Below are positions 38,053 through 47,981 of a stretch of DNA of 64,000 nucleotides, in pieces. This DNA comes from Vicinamibacterales bacterium (GTDB lineage Bacteria > Acidobacteriota > Vicinamibacteria > Vicinamibacterales > UBA8438), in the NCBI GenBank assembly GCA_965263195.1, contig OZ253664.1, forward strand, positions 1,922,250 through 1,986,249. Reading direction: 5' to 3'. The first letter of the stretch is position 1. Every line of letters starts with the position of its first letter. The position numbers and the translations under genes are program-made. A model generated the notes under the pieces. That model saw only the letters and a program-made list of their open reading frames with translations, did no database searches and had not been told where the DNA came from.

Positions 38053-39609
38053 ATGGATTGGCGTCCTCCCGCAAGGCTCGTAGCAACCCCGGCTGGAGCG
38101 GGCCGCCGGCTTGCCGCGCTGTGGCTGCTGGCGGCGGGCTTGTCCGCCTGCTCGGGCGCTGAGCCGCCGCCGGCCGCGCCCGCTCCGGATGAGGTCGAGC
38201 CGTTCGACGTGGTCATCGCCGGCGGGCGCGTCATCGACCCCGAGAGTGGGCTCGACGGGGTGCGCCACGTCGGTATCCGCGCCGGCGCGGTCGCGGCCCT
38301 CTCCGAATCGCCGCTGAGCGGGCGGACGACCGTCGACGCCACCGGCCTCGTCGTGGCGCCGGGATTCATCGACCTGCACGCGCACGGGCAGGACCCGGTC
38401 AGCAGCCGGTTCCAGGCGATGGACGGGGTCACTACGGCGCTGGAGCTGGAGATCGGCGCCTTTCCGGTCGACCGCTGGTACGCCCGCCGCGGCGGCGCCT
38501 CGCTCATCAACTACGGCGCGTCCGTGAGCCACCAGGGGGCGCGGCTGCGCGCGCTGGGCCGCGCGGTGGCACGCGCCAATACAGACGGGACATTTTCGCT
38601 GGGCGAGAGCGGCGACGGCGCGCTCTATCGCGCGGCCGACGACGACGAGCTGGCGCGTCTCGGCGAGCTCATGGAAAGCGGCCTGCGGGAGGGCGGCATC
38701 GGGTTCGGTTTCGGGTTGGGCTACACGCCGGGGGTGAGCCACCGCGAGCTGCTGCGCATGTTCGAGATTGCGGCCGGATACGAAGCGCCGGTGTTCATCC
38801 ACTTGCGATCAGCGGCGGCCTTCGTGCACGGCGGTGTGCTGGCGCCGTTCCAGGAGGTGATCGCCAATGCGGCGGCCACCGGGGCGGCGCTCCACATCGT
38901 CCACATGAACAGCACCGCCGGCGAACGCGCGGAGGAGGCGCTGGCGATGATCCGCGGCGCACGCGACCGCGGAGTGGACGTGACGACCGAGTCCTACCCT
39001 TACACGGCCAGCGCGTCACTCATCGAGTCGCCGCTGTTCGACGGTTGGCTCGACCGGCCGCGCGAGGCGTACGGCGCGTTGCAGTGGGTCGAGACCGGCG
39101 AGCGGCTCACGCCGGAGACATTCGAGCGCTACCGGCGGCAGGGCGGGTGGGTCATCATGCACGGCCGGTCGGAGGAGACCAGCGAGTGGATCGTCAGCCA
39201 GCCGGACGTCATCGCAGCCAGCGACGGGATCCCCTTCAGCGAGGGCCGGGCGCATCCGCGCGGCGCCGGGACGTTCGCCCGCATCCTGGGCCACTACGTG
39301 CGCGAGCGCGGCGCGTTGAGCCTGATGGACGCGCTGCGCAAGATGACGCTGCTGCCCGCGCAGCGGATCGAGGCGATCGTACCGGAGATGGCGCGCAAGG
39401 GCCGGGTGCAGGTTGGCAGCGACGCCGACCTGACGATCTTCGATCCGGAGCGCATCATTGACCGGGCAACCTACGATGCGCCCGATCAGTATTCGGCCGG
39501 GCTCGAGCACGTGCTGGTTGCCGGTACGTTCGTCGTCCGCGACGGTGCCCTGGTAGAAGGCGTCCAGCCCGGCCGGCCGCTCCGCGGCCGGCACCTGTTG
39601 CGACAGTAA
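38053..39609 (+). CDS. Amidohydrolase family (D-aminoacylase / D-glutamate deacylase-like), probable lipoprotein
   Basis: Lipobox LSAC; APGFIDLHAH, YPYTA, ASDG, HPRGAGTFAR, KGRVQVGSDADLTIFDP. Confidence 0.88.
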   Translation: MDWRPPARLVATPAGAGRRLAALWLLAAGLSACSGAEPPPAAPAPDEVEPFDVVIAGGRVIDPESGLDGVRHVGIRAGAVAALSESPLSGRTTVDATGLVVAPGFIDLHAHGQDPVSSRFQAMDGVTTALELEIGAFPVDRWYARRGGASLINYGASVSHQGARLRALGRAVARANTDGTFSLGESGDGALYRAADDDELARLGELMESGLREGGIGFGFGLGYTPGVSHRELLRMFEIAAGYEAPVFIHLRSAAAFVHGGVLAPFQEVIANAAATGAALHIVHMNSTAGERAEEALAMIRGARDRGVDVTTESYPYTASASLIESPLFDGWLDRPREAYGALQWVETGERLTPETFERYRRQGGWVIMHGRSEETSEWIVSQPDVIAASDGIPFSEGRAHPRGAGTFARILGHYVRERGALSLMDALRKMTLLPAQRIEAIVPEMARKGRVQVGSDADLTIFDPERIIDRATYDAPDQYSAGLEHVLVAGTFVVRDGALVEGVQPGRPLRGRHLLRQ

Positions 39610-39696
39610 CAACGCCCGGACCCGTGCGGCCCCTCCCCGGCCGGCGAGTCATTAGCCGGCGGCGGAGCCGCCCGGGCCGGGAGCTGCGGCCTGCCG

Positions 39697-40023
39697 TCAG
39701 CCCTTGATCCGGTTGACCAGCCGGAGCGCGACTACCGTGGCGACGCCGGCGTATAGCGCGACGACCACGCCATCAAGGATGCCGTCGAGGTACATGCCAA
39801 CCGCCGGAATCATACTGAGCACGTCCGCGCCAGAAGCGGCGCCGGCGGCGACGGCGACCACCAGAACGTCCGTCGCGTTCTCGGCATCGACCTCGAGCGC
39901 CGCGTACGCCAGACCCAGCACGACCAACACCAGCGGCAGCATGACCATCATGCCCACCTCCGGAGCAACGCCCTGTACGATTGCCGCAAGAAGCGTCAAA
40001 CCAACGATAGCTCGGGATACCAT
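39697..40023 (-). CDS. Small hydrophobic membrane protein, unknown function
   Basis: GAGGGG RBS; 108 aa with 3-4 hydrophobic segments. Confidence 0.7.
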   Translation of the reverse strand: MVSRAIVGLTLLAAIVQGVAPEVGMMVMLPLVLVVLGLAYAALEVDAENATDVLVVAVAAGAASGADVLSMIPAVGMYLDGILDGVVVALYAGVATVVALRLVNRIKG

Positions 40024-40330
40024 GTTTTTTTCCCCTCGTGATCAACGGAGTTTCCGGCGCCGAATTGGTATCGATAGGTGCTGATCGCTTGCTGTTCGGG
40101 ATGCAGCGAATGGGGCGCAGGCTGCGGAGGGTTCGCTGAGAACGGCGCACGGTGCGCGAGAGCTAGTAGCGGCGACACGGCGCGCTCACCTCCCCGATCC
40201 GCAGTGCTGTCCGGACGCCCCGCTGCCGAAACGCGAAACCGCGTCCGGCAAAGGGGGCATCAGTCTCCCCCGTTCGGAGATGCGGGTCAAGAAGATTCGC
40301 GTGCACCTGCGTGTATCGTGGGGAATTCGG

Positions 40331-43300
40331 ATGCGCCAACTCCGCGGCCAGCTCACCTTCTCCGCTACCGACCTCAGCCGCTTCCTTGCCTGCGGACACC
40401 TGACCAACCTGCGCCGCGCGGTGGCGCTCGGCCTCCGCCAGCGGGCGCCGCAGATCGACGATCCCCGGACCGAGCTGCTGCGCCGGCGCGGGATCGAGCA
40501 CGAAGAGCGGTTGCTGGCCGTGTACATCGACAGAGGGCTCGCCGTCCAAACGATCACGGCAACGGGCGCGCACGGCGGCGGCGACGACGGTGATGCGGCC
40601 CTCGCGCGCACCGCGGACGCGATGCGGCGCGGCGCGGACGTGATCTACCAGGGCCGCCTGCAGGAAGGCCGCTGGAGCGGCTACCCCGATTTCCTGCTGC
40701 GGGTGAAAACGCCGAGCGCACTTGGCGCCTGGTCGTACGAGGTGGTCGACGCCAAGCTCGCCCGGATCGCCAGGGGCGAGGCGCTGCTGCAACTGCTGCT
40801 CTACTCGGATCTGCTGCGGCAGGTGCAGGGAACAGCGCCGGAGCGGATGCATCTGGCGCTCGGCGGGGACGGCGGCCGGTTCGAAAGCTTCCGGGTTGCG
40901 GAACACGCCGCGTACTACCGCGTCGTCCGCCAGCGCTTCGAGGCGCACGTCGACGCGCCGCCGGAGACGCAGCCGGAGCCGGTCGGGCACTGCGAGTTCT
41001 GCGACTGGCAACGGGACTGCCGGGCGCACTGGCGCCAGGTCGACCATCTGTCGCTGGTGGCCGGCATCTCCGTTGACCAGCGGCGGCGGCTGACCGGCCG
41101 GGGCGTCGAGACGCTGGCAACACTGGCGAGGCTGCCCCTGCCGGCAACTCCCCGCATCGACGGCATCGACGCCGCCGCGCTTGGGCGGATCCGGGAGCAG
41201 GCGCGCGTACAGTTCGAGGCGCGGCAACGCGGACAGCGGATACGAGAGCTGATTACGCCGGTAGCGGCGGACAAGGGACTCGCGTCGCTGCCCGCGCCCT
41301 CCGGGGCGGACATCTTCGCCGCCATCGACGGGGACATGTACGCGGGGGACGACGGCCTGGAGTACCTGTTCGGGTTCGTGGACCGGGAGGGGCGGCACGA
41401 CGCCCGCTGGGCGCTGGACCTGGAAACGGAGCGCAACGCGTTCGAGCAGTTCGTCGACGGCGTCACGGAGCGCTGGGAACGGGAGTCGGGCTTCCACATC
41501 TTCCACTACGGGGCATCCGTGCCAACGGCCGTCAAGCGCCTGATGAGCCGCTACGCCACCCGCGAGGACGCGGTGGATCGGCTGCTGCGCGGCAACGTGT
41601 TCGTCGACCTGCGCCGCGCCGTGCGCCAGGGACTGCGCGCCTCGGTCGAGAGCTACGCCCTCACGCGGCTCGAACCGTTCTACGGCTTCGAGCGGCAGGT
41701 CGATCTCGCGGCCGCCATCCGCGCGCGCGTGCGGTTCGAGGCCTGGCTGGAGTCCGGCAACGCGGGCGACCGGCCAGACCGGCCGGACGATCTGCGCGGC
41801 ACGCTCGCACGCTGCAATCGCGACGACTGCCGCTCGGCCCGGTGTCTCGCCGACTGGCTGGAGGCCTGCCGCGGCGAGCTGGAGGCCGAGAGCGGGCAGC
41901 CCCTGCCGCGCCCGGCGGCGGACGCGGAAGCACGCGACGCCGAGCACGAGCAGGCGGCCGAGGTGGCAGCGCTGATCGAGGCGCTCACCGCAGGCCTGCC
42001 GGCAGGCGACGACGAGCTGGACGACGAGCAGCGCGCGCGCCGCCTGCTGGCGTACCTCCTCGAATTCCACCGCCGGGAAGACAAGTCCATGTGGTGGGAA
42101 TTCTTCGAGCGCTGTGGCTTCACCGCGGAGGAGCACGTCGAGGACCGCGCGACGCTCGGGGGGCTGACCTACGCGGGCGCAGTGGAGCAGGTGAAGCGAT
42201 CCATCGTCCACCGTTACCGCTTCCCTGCGCAGCCGCACGAGATCGAGGCGGGAGACGCCCCCCGGGATCCCGCCACCAGCGGGTCCGCCGGCTCGGTGGT
42301 CGCGCTCGACGACGCAGCGCGCACAATCGACCTGAAGCGCGGCGCCGGTTCCGCGGCGCCCCACCCGGCCGCCCTCGTACCGCTCGACAACGTCAACGCG
42401 CGCGTCCTGTCGGAGAGCCTGCTGCGGCTGGCGCAGGAAGTGGCAGACTGCGGACTTGCGCCGGACAGCCCACAACGCGCTGCCTTCGACCTGCTGCGGC
42501 GGGCCGTGCCGCGCGCAGGGGGGCCGCCGGCCGAGGGGGATGGAGCGGATCTCGTCCGCCGCGGTGAGACGCCGCTGGAAGCCGTGCGGCGGATTGCGCC
42601 GCTGCTCGACCGCTCGGTGCTGCCGGTGCAGGGGCCGCCGGGCAGCGGCAAGACGCATACCGGTGCGCGGATGATTGTCGATCTCCTGGCCGGCGGCCGG
42701 CGGGTCGGCGTCACCGCGAACAGCCACAAGGTGATCTCCAACCTGCTCGGCGCCGTCTGTCAGGCCGCCTGCGAGCAGGGAGCCGACGTGCGCGGCATCC
42801 AGAAAGCGAACGCGCGCGACGGGTGCAGCGACCCGCGCGTCCAGCTGGCCACGTCGAACGACGCAGTGGCCGCGGCGCTCGCCGGCGGCGGGGCCAACCT
42901 GGCGGGCGGCACCGCCTGGCTGTGGGCCCGCCCGGAAATGGCCGGCGCGGTGGACCTGCTCGTCATCGACGAGGCGGGCCAGATGAGCCTCGCCAACACC
43001 CTCGCGGTCAGCCAGGCCGCGGGGAGCCTGGTGCTGCTCGGCGACCCGCGGCAGCTCGACCAGCCGATCCAGGGCATTCACCCGCCCGGCGCCGATACCT
43101 CGGCCCTCGGCCACCTGCTGGGTGGGTCGGCAACGGTCGATCCGACCCGGGGCGTTTTGCTCGCCGAGACCTGGCGCATGCACCCCGACGTCTGCGTTTT
43201 CACGACGGAGCAGTTTTACGACGGGCGGCTCGCGGCGCGGCCTGATCTGGCCCGGCAGATAGTGCTCGGAACCGGTCCGCTGGCCGGCCGCGGCCTGCGC

Positions 43301-43786
43301 TTCGTGCCGGTGGAGCACACCGGCAACACGAAAGCCTCCTCTGAAGAAGCGTCGCGCGTGGCGGCGCTGATGCGCGAACTGCTCGAGGACGGCGGCGCCT
43401 GGGTCGACCGGCACGGCGTCCAGGCGGCCTTGACGCTGGAAGACATCCTGGTGGTGGCGCCGTACAACGCGCACGTCGCAACGCTGCGGCGGGCGCTCCC
43501 GGCCGGCGCGCGCGTCGGGACGGTCGACAAGTTCCAGGGGCAGGAAGCGCCTATCGTCCTTTACTCCATGGCGACCTCGACGCCGGACGAGGCGCCGCGC
43601 GGCATGGCGTTCCTCTACAGCCTGCACCGGCTGAACGTCGCCACCTCGCGCGCCCGCTGCGTCGCCGCCATCGTCGCCAGCCCGGCGCTCTTCACCCCCG
43701 ACTGCCGGACACCGGAGCAGATGCGGCTGGCAAACGCCTTCTGCCGCTTCAGGGAGCTGGCGGCCGAGGCGCCGACTCAGGTCTGA
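40331..43786 (+). CDS. TM0106-family RecB/Cas4-like nuclease + RNase H-like domain + UPF1-like SF1 helicase fusion
   Basis: FSATDL..FLAC, GIEHE, GYPDFL, YEVVDAKL, QLLLY, HCEFCDWQRDC; FVDL...SVESY.L..LE; QGPPGSGKT, IDEAGQ, GDPRQL, WRMHP, APYNAHV, GTVDKFQGQEA, RLNVATSRAR. Confidence 0.9.
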   Translation: MRQLRGQLTFSATDLSRFLACGHLTNLRRAVALGLRQRAPQIDDPRTELLRRRGIEHEERLLAVYIDRGLAVQTITATGAHGGGDDGDAALARTADAMRRGADVIYQGRLQEGRWSGYPDFLLRVKTPSALGAWSYEVVDAKLARIARGEALLQLLLYSDLLRQVQGTAPERMHLALGGDGGRFESFRVAEHAAYYRVVRQRFEAHVDAPPETQPEPVGHCEFCDWQRDCRAHWRQVDHLSLVAGISVDQRRRLTGRGVETLATLARLPLPATPRIDGIDAAALGRIREQARVQFEARQRGQRIRELITPVAADKGLASLPAPSGADIFAAIDGDMYAGDDGLEYLFGFVDREGRHDARWALDLETERNAFEQFVDGVTERWERESGFHIFHYGASVPTAVKRLMSRYATREDAVDRLLRGNVFVDLRRAVRQGLRASVESYALTRLEPFYGFERQVDLAAAIRARVRFEAWLESGNAGDRPDRPDDLRGTLARCNRDDCRSARCLADWLEACRGELEAESGQPLPRPAADAEARDAEHEQAAEVAALIEALTAGLPAGDDELDDEQRARRLLAYLLEFHRREDKSMWWEFFERCGFTAEEHVEDRATLGGLTYAGAVEQVKRSIVHRYRFPAQPHEIEAGDAPRDPATSGSAGSVVALDDAARTIDLKRGAGSAAPHPAALVPLDNVNARVLSESLLRLAQEVADCGLAPDSPQRAAFDLLRRAVPRAGGPPAEGDGADLVRRGETPLEAVRRIAPLLDRSVLPVQGPPGSGKTHTGARMIVDLLAGGRRVGVTANSHKVISNLLGAVCQAACEQGADVRGIQKANARDGCSDPRVQLATSNDAVAAALAGGGANLAGGTAWLWARPEMAGAVDLLVIDEAGQMSLANTLAVSQAAGSLVLLGDPRQLDQPIQGIHPPGADTSALGHLLGGSATVDPTRGVLLAETWRMHPDVCVFTTEQFYDGRLAARPDLARQIVLGTGPLAGRGLRFVPVEHTGNTKASSEEASRVAALMRELLEDGGAWVDRHGVQAALTLEDILVVAPYNAHVATLRRALPAGARVGTVDKFQGQEAPIVLYSMATSTPDEAPRGMAFLYSLHRLNVATSRARCVAAIVASPALFTPDCRTPEQMRLANAFCRFRELAAEAPTQV

Positions 43787-44652
43787 TCGGCGGCGCCCTG
43801 GAGCCGCTCCGCACTGCGCAGCGTGCGCCGCGCGGACCGCACCACCGGGAGCTCGATGAGCTGGCCCTCGACCAGCAGCACGCCGCCCTGCTGCCGCTCG
43901 TACGCCGCGACGATCTTGCGCGCCCAGGCCGTCTCCGCCGCGCTGGGCGCGAACGCCGCCTGTATCACCGGCACCTGCGTGGGATGGATGGCGGCCTTGC
44001 CGGTGAAGCCGAGGCGCCGCACGCGGCCGGTCTCTTCAGCCAGCGCGTCGAGCGCCGGCACGTCCATGAACGGGGAATCGAGCGCGCTGACGCCGGCCGC
44101 GCCGGCCGCCAGGACCACGCGCGAACGCGCGTAGAGCAGCGCCTCCCACTCCACTGCGCAGCCCAGGTCCGCCGACAGGTCGATGGCGCCGAAGAAGACG
44201 GCCGACACGTGGGGCGACGCCGCGGCAATCTCGGCCGCGGCCAGCAGGCCGGCGGCCGTCTCAATCTGCACGATCAATGGCAAGGCGCCAGCGCCGCGCG
44301 CCAGCGCCGCGCCAACGGCCCGGATCTCATCGGCGCCGGCCACCTTGGGCAGCATCAGCGCGTCGGGACGGGCGCCGGAATCGACCAGGGCCGCCAGGTC
44401 GGTGCGTCCCAGTTCCGTCTTGGCGTCGTTGATGCGCAGGCTCACCTCCGCGGCGCTCGGGCCGCGGCCGGCAAGCAGGGCCAGCGCCTGCGCACGCGCC
44501 GCATCCTTGGCGACCGGCGCCACGCCATCCTCCAGATCGATGCAGACGGCGTCCGCGCCCGTCGCCAGCGCCTTGGGGAAGCGGTCCGGGCGGACGGCCG
44601 GCACGAACAGCAGGCTGCGGCGAATCCGCTCCGCGGGCGGGTCAGTTGCCAT
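43777..44652 (-). CDS. CoA-ester lyase (CitE / malyl-CoA lyase, HpcH/HpaI family)
   Basis: RRSLLFVPA, DAVCIDLEDGV, LPKV, QIETA, GFTGKAAIHPTQ. Confidence 0.9.
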   Translation of the reverse strand: MATDPPAERIRRSLLFVPAVRPDRFPKALATGADAVCIDLEDGVAPVAKDAARAQALALLAGRGPSAAEVSLRINDAKTELGRTDLAALVDSGARPDALMLPKVAGADEIRAVGAALARGAGALPLIVQIETAAGLLAAAEIAAASPHVSAVFFGAIDLSADLGCAVEWEALLYARSRVVLAAGAAGVSALDSPFMDVPALDALAEETGRVRRLGFTGKAAIHPTQVPVIQAAFAPSAAETAWARKIVAAYERQQGGVLLVEGQLIELPVVRSARRTLRSAERLQGAADQT

Positions 44653-46024
44653 AGTGGACGGCGATCGCCTCCAGCCGGCGCTGAATCTCCTCTTCCGGGA
44701 GCCAGCGGCCGCCGACCATCACCCCCGCGCGCCGTTCGGTGCGGGCGATGTCCTCCAGCGGATTCGCCTCGAGCAGCAGCAGGTCGGCGCGGCGGCCGAC
44801 GGCCACCGTGCCGAAGTCGTCGGTGGCGCCGAAGTACTCGGCCGGCTTGCGGGTGGCAATTTCCAGCACGTCGTACGGCGTCATGCCGAGGCCGGCGTAG
44901 AACCGCATCTCGCGGTGCGCCGAGAAGCCGGGGACGCTGAACGTCTGCGGCGAGTCGGTCCCGAGCGCGATGTTCGCGCCGCCTTCGTGCAGCGCCATGA
45001 GTATCCTGCCGCGCAGCGCCGCAAGCTGCCGGTTCGCTTCCACGTCGCCCGCGGCGAGACGCTCGTCGACGCTCCGCGTCCACTGCTCCACCGTCTCGGG
45101 CGGCATGTAGCGCACCTCCGGCCGTTCCGCCGCGACGGTCGCGGCCGGCCGCGTGCCGAGGATCCCGGTCTCCCACAGCACCATCGTCGGCACGACCCAG
45201 GCGCCGGCCCGGACGGTCGCCTCCACCACATCCGGGATGAGCGCCTCGTCCACGCGCGCCAGCAGCATTCCGCGGCCGCCGAATCCGGGCCATTCGTCCG
45301 GCTGCGCCGCCTCCGGCACGAGCGCCTCGACGTAGTTGTCCAGGTGGTCGATGGAGATCTGGCCAGAGGCCAGGGCGCGCCGCAGCCCGACCTGATCCGG
45401 CACGTGTCCGCCGAGCGGCAGGCCGACGTCGGCGGCGGCCCGTACCGCCGCGTCGTACGTCTCCACGTCGAGCCCTTCGAGCATCTTGATCAGGTCGTAC
45501 CCCTCGACCGCGTATTCACGGACCCGCTGTTCGGCCTCCTCCGCGGTCGACACGCCGCGGCCGGGGCTGAGCGCCACGCTGGCCAGATACAGCCGCGGTC
45601 CGAGGACGGCACCGCTGCGGACCCGCTCCCGCAGGTCGAACTGCGACGGATCGCCCTGCATGCCGCGCACCGTGGTGACGCCGTTGGCGACGTACAGGAA
45701 CAGGATGTTCTGCGCGTCCCGGTCCGACACCCGCGGATCCGGCAGGTGGCCGTGCAGCTCGGCGAATCCCGGCAGCAGATAGCCCCCCGCCGCATCGATG
45801 ATCTCGACGCCGTCGGCCGGCACGATCTCCTCCGCGGACCCGATGGCGGCGATGCGCCCGCCGGCAATCACCACCGTCCGGTTCTCGAGCACCCGCTCGA
45901 CGTCCATCGGAATCACGTTCGCATTGACGAACGCGATATCCCCCTCGATGCGTGGCTGGGAGGCGCCCCCGCAAGCGCTGGCGGCCGCCAGCGCCAGGCA
46001 TACGGCGGCGTACGCCCTATCCAT
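44642..46024 (-). CDS. Amidohydrolase family protein, probable lipoprotein
   Basis: Lipobox-like ASAC; LLPGFAELHGH, ANGVTTVR, GHVP, IDHLD, GTDSP, GRRADLLLLEANPL. Confidence 0.87.
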   Translation of the reverse strand: MDRAYAAVCLALAAASACGGASQPRIEGDIAFVNANVIPMDVERVLENRTVVIAGGRIAAIGSAEEIVPADGVEIIDAAGGYLLPGFAELHGHLPDPRVSDRDAQNILFLYVANGVTTVRGMQGDPSQFDLRERVRSGAVLGPRLYLASVALSPGRGVSTAEEAEQRVREYAVEGYDLIKMLEGLDVETYDAAVRAAADVGLPLGGHVPDQVGLRRALASGQISIDHLDNYVEALVPEAAQPDEWPGFGGRGMLLARVDEALIPDVVEATVRAGAWVVPTMVLWETGILGTRPAATVAAERPEVRYMPPETVEQWTRSVDERLAAGDVEANRQLAALRGRILMALHEGGANIALGTDSPQTFSVPGFSAHREMRFYAGLGMTPYDVLEIATRKPAEYFGATDDFGTVAVGRRADLLLLEANPLEDIARTERRAGVMVGGRWLPEEEIQRRLEAIAVHYGN

Positions 46025-46538
46025 CGACCGGCTCCTGCGGTCCGTCCGGCTCCGGCAGCGAAATCCGGGGCACGTGGCCGCGCCTGTACACCATGAACGT
46101 GCGCTTGAACTCGATGACGACCTTGCCGTCCTGATTGAAGCCGGTCGTCTTCACCGTCACGATCCCCACATTCGGGCGCGACTTCGACTCCCGCATGGCG
46201 AGCACCTCGCTGCGCGAGTAGATGGTGTCGCCCTCGAATACCGGATTGGGAAGCCGCACCTCGTCCCATCCGAGGTTCGCCATCACATTCCAGGACAGAT
46301 CGATGACGGACTGGCCGGTCACCAGCGCCAGCGTGAAGGTCGAGTCGACGAGCGGCTTGCCGAACTCGGTCTTCGCCGCATACGCGTGATCGAAGTGGAT
46401 GGCGTTGCTGTTCTGGGTGAGGAGCGTGAACCAGATGTTGTCGGCGGTGATCACCGTCCGGCCGAGCGGGTGGCGATAGATGTCGCCCACCTCGAAGTCT
46501 TCATAGACGCGGCCGGTCCAGCCTTCCTTGTGTCCCAT
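46017..46538 (-). CDS. MaoC family dehydratase
   Basis: YEDFEVGD.YRHPLGRTV...DN.WFT.LTQN...IHFD..YA, NLGWDEVRL..PVFEGDT, RESKSRP. Confidence 0.9.
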   Translation of the reverse strand: MGHKEGWTGRVYEDFEVGDIYRHPLGRTVITADNIWFTLLTQNSNAIHFDHAYAAKTEFGKPLVDSTFTLALVTGQSVIDLSWNVMANLGWDEVRLPNPVFEGDTIYSRSEVLAMRESKSRPNVGIVTVKTTGFNQDGKVVIEFKRTFMVYRRGHVPRISLPEPDGPQEPVDG

Positions 46539-46613
46539 CACCCCTCTCCCAGACATCCATGATAACGGGATGCCGGCCAGGAGTCCGTGGTGAAACCAGT
46601 GGCCAGCCGCGCG

Positions 46614-47981
46614 TCAGGCCGCGCCCGGCGCGACCGGCGCGCCGAAGCCCAAATCGGCCAGGCCTTCGAAAACGTCCGGCCGGGAGCCAACCACGACGGC
46701 GACGAGACCGCCCGGATCGAGATGCCGTTCGGCTGCGCGCCGCACGTCGGATGCGCCTACCGCGGCGATCCGGCTCGGGAATTGCGCGTAGGTATCCGCC
46801 GGCAACCCGTGCAGCGCGATCTGCACGCCGGCGCGCGCGATCTGCGCCGCCGTTTCGAGTGTCCGCGGAAAACCGCGCGTCAGCGCCGCCTGCGCCACCG
46901 CCAGTTCCGTGTCGGACGCGGGCCGCGCCCCGCGGATGTCGGCCACCTCGCGCACCGCCTCGCGGATGGCATCCACCGTGGCCGCGGTCTGCACGCTGGT
47001 CTGCAGGCGGAATGGCCCACGGCCCACCCGCCAGTCGAACGCTGTCGACGCGCCGTACGTGTAGCCCTTTGCCTCGCGCAGGTTCTGGTTGATCCGGCTG
47101 ACGAACTGCCCGCCCAGCACCATGTTCAACACCAGGAGCGCGTGGTAGTCGGGCGAGCGCCGGGACGGACCCGCATGGCCGAGACGAATCTCGGACTGCA
47201 CCGCGCCGTCGCGCGCGACGAAGACCATGCGCTCCCCGGCCGGCCCCGGCTCCGGGGGGCCGGCCGCCGCCGGCAGCCGATCGACCGGCGCCGCAGCCGC
47301 AGCCCAGGCCCGCTCCGCCTCCGCGATCAACGCGGTTGGCGCCACGTCGCCCGCCGCGACGAGCGTCCAGGGCGCCGCGGCATAGCCGCGCCGGTGAAAG
47401 ACCTCCACGTCGGCGGGCCCGATCGACCGCAGCGCCGACTCCGTGCCGATCGACAGGTGCCCGTACGGATGCGGCCCGTACAGCGCCTCCAGGAAGACGC
47501 GATCGGCGACCGCGCCCGGCGACTGGCGCTGCTGGCGGATGCGGTTGATCCGGAGGTCGCGTTCGCGGGCCACGTCGTCGGCGTCGAGACGCGGGCGCAT
47601 CGTGATCTCGAACAGCAGCCGCAGCCCGGCGGCCATATGCTGCGAGAGCACCGTCAAGGCGACCACGGTCGCATCGCTGGACACCGCCATGGTCAGGTGT
47701 CCGCCGATCCGCTTCAGCGCGGTGTCGAGCTCGACCGCGGACAACTTGGCGGTGCCCTCCTCGAAAAGCGACGCCGTCAGCGACGCGAGACCGGGTTTGA
47801 CCGGCGGATCCGCCGCGTAGCCCGTGGGCAGCAGCAGGTGGAGCGTCAGCAGCGGCGCGCGGCGATGCTCGGCCGCCCATACCGCCGTCCCGCCGCCCAG
47901 ATCGGCCCGCTCGAACGCTGGCAGGCTGAACGACGGGTCGGCCCCGGGCAGCGGCAGGCGCGTGCGATCTACGCCGGACAT
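46614..47981 (-). CDS. M16 (pitrilysin) family, non-catalytic subunit
   Basis: No HxxEH; GLASLTASLFEEGT, YGPHPYG, VLGGQFVSRINQNLREAKGYTYG. Confidence 0.88.
   Translation of the reverse strand: MSGVDRTRLPLPGADPSFSLPAFERADLGGGTAVWAAEHRRAPLLTLHLLLPTGYAADPPVKPGLASLTASLFEEGTAKLSAVELDTALKRIGGHLTMAVSSDATVVALTVLSQHMAAGLRLLFEITMRPRLDADDVARERDLRINRIRQQRQSPGAVADRVFLEALYGPHPYGHLSIGTESALRSIGPADVEVFHRRGYAAAPWTLVAAGDVAPTALIAEAERAWAAAAAPVDRLPAAAGPPEPGPAGERMVFVARDGAVQSEIRLGHAGPSRRSPDYHALLVLNMVLGGQFVSRINQNLREAKGYTYGASTAFDWRVGRGPFRLQTSVQTAATVDAIREAVREVADIRGARPASDTELAVAQAALTRGFPRTLETAAQIARAGVQIALHGLPADTYAQFPSRIAAVGASDVRRAAERHLDPGGLVAVVVGSRPDVFEGLADLGFGAPVAPGAA

Noticed and set aside
40331-41100. Cas4-like domain as evidence of a CRISPR-Cas locus
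   Set aside because: It is the N-terminal domain of a TM0106 nuclease-helicase fusion; no cas1/cas2 or array nearby.
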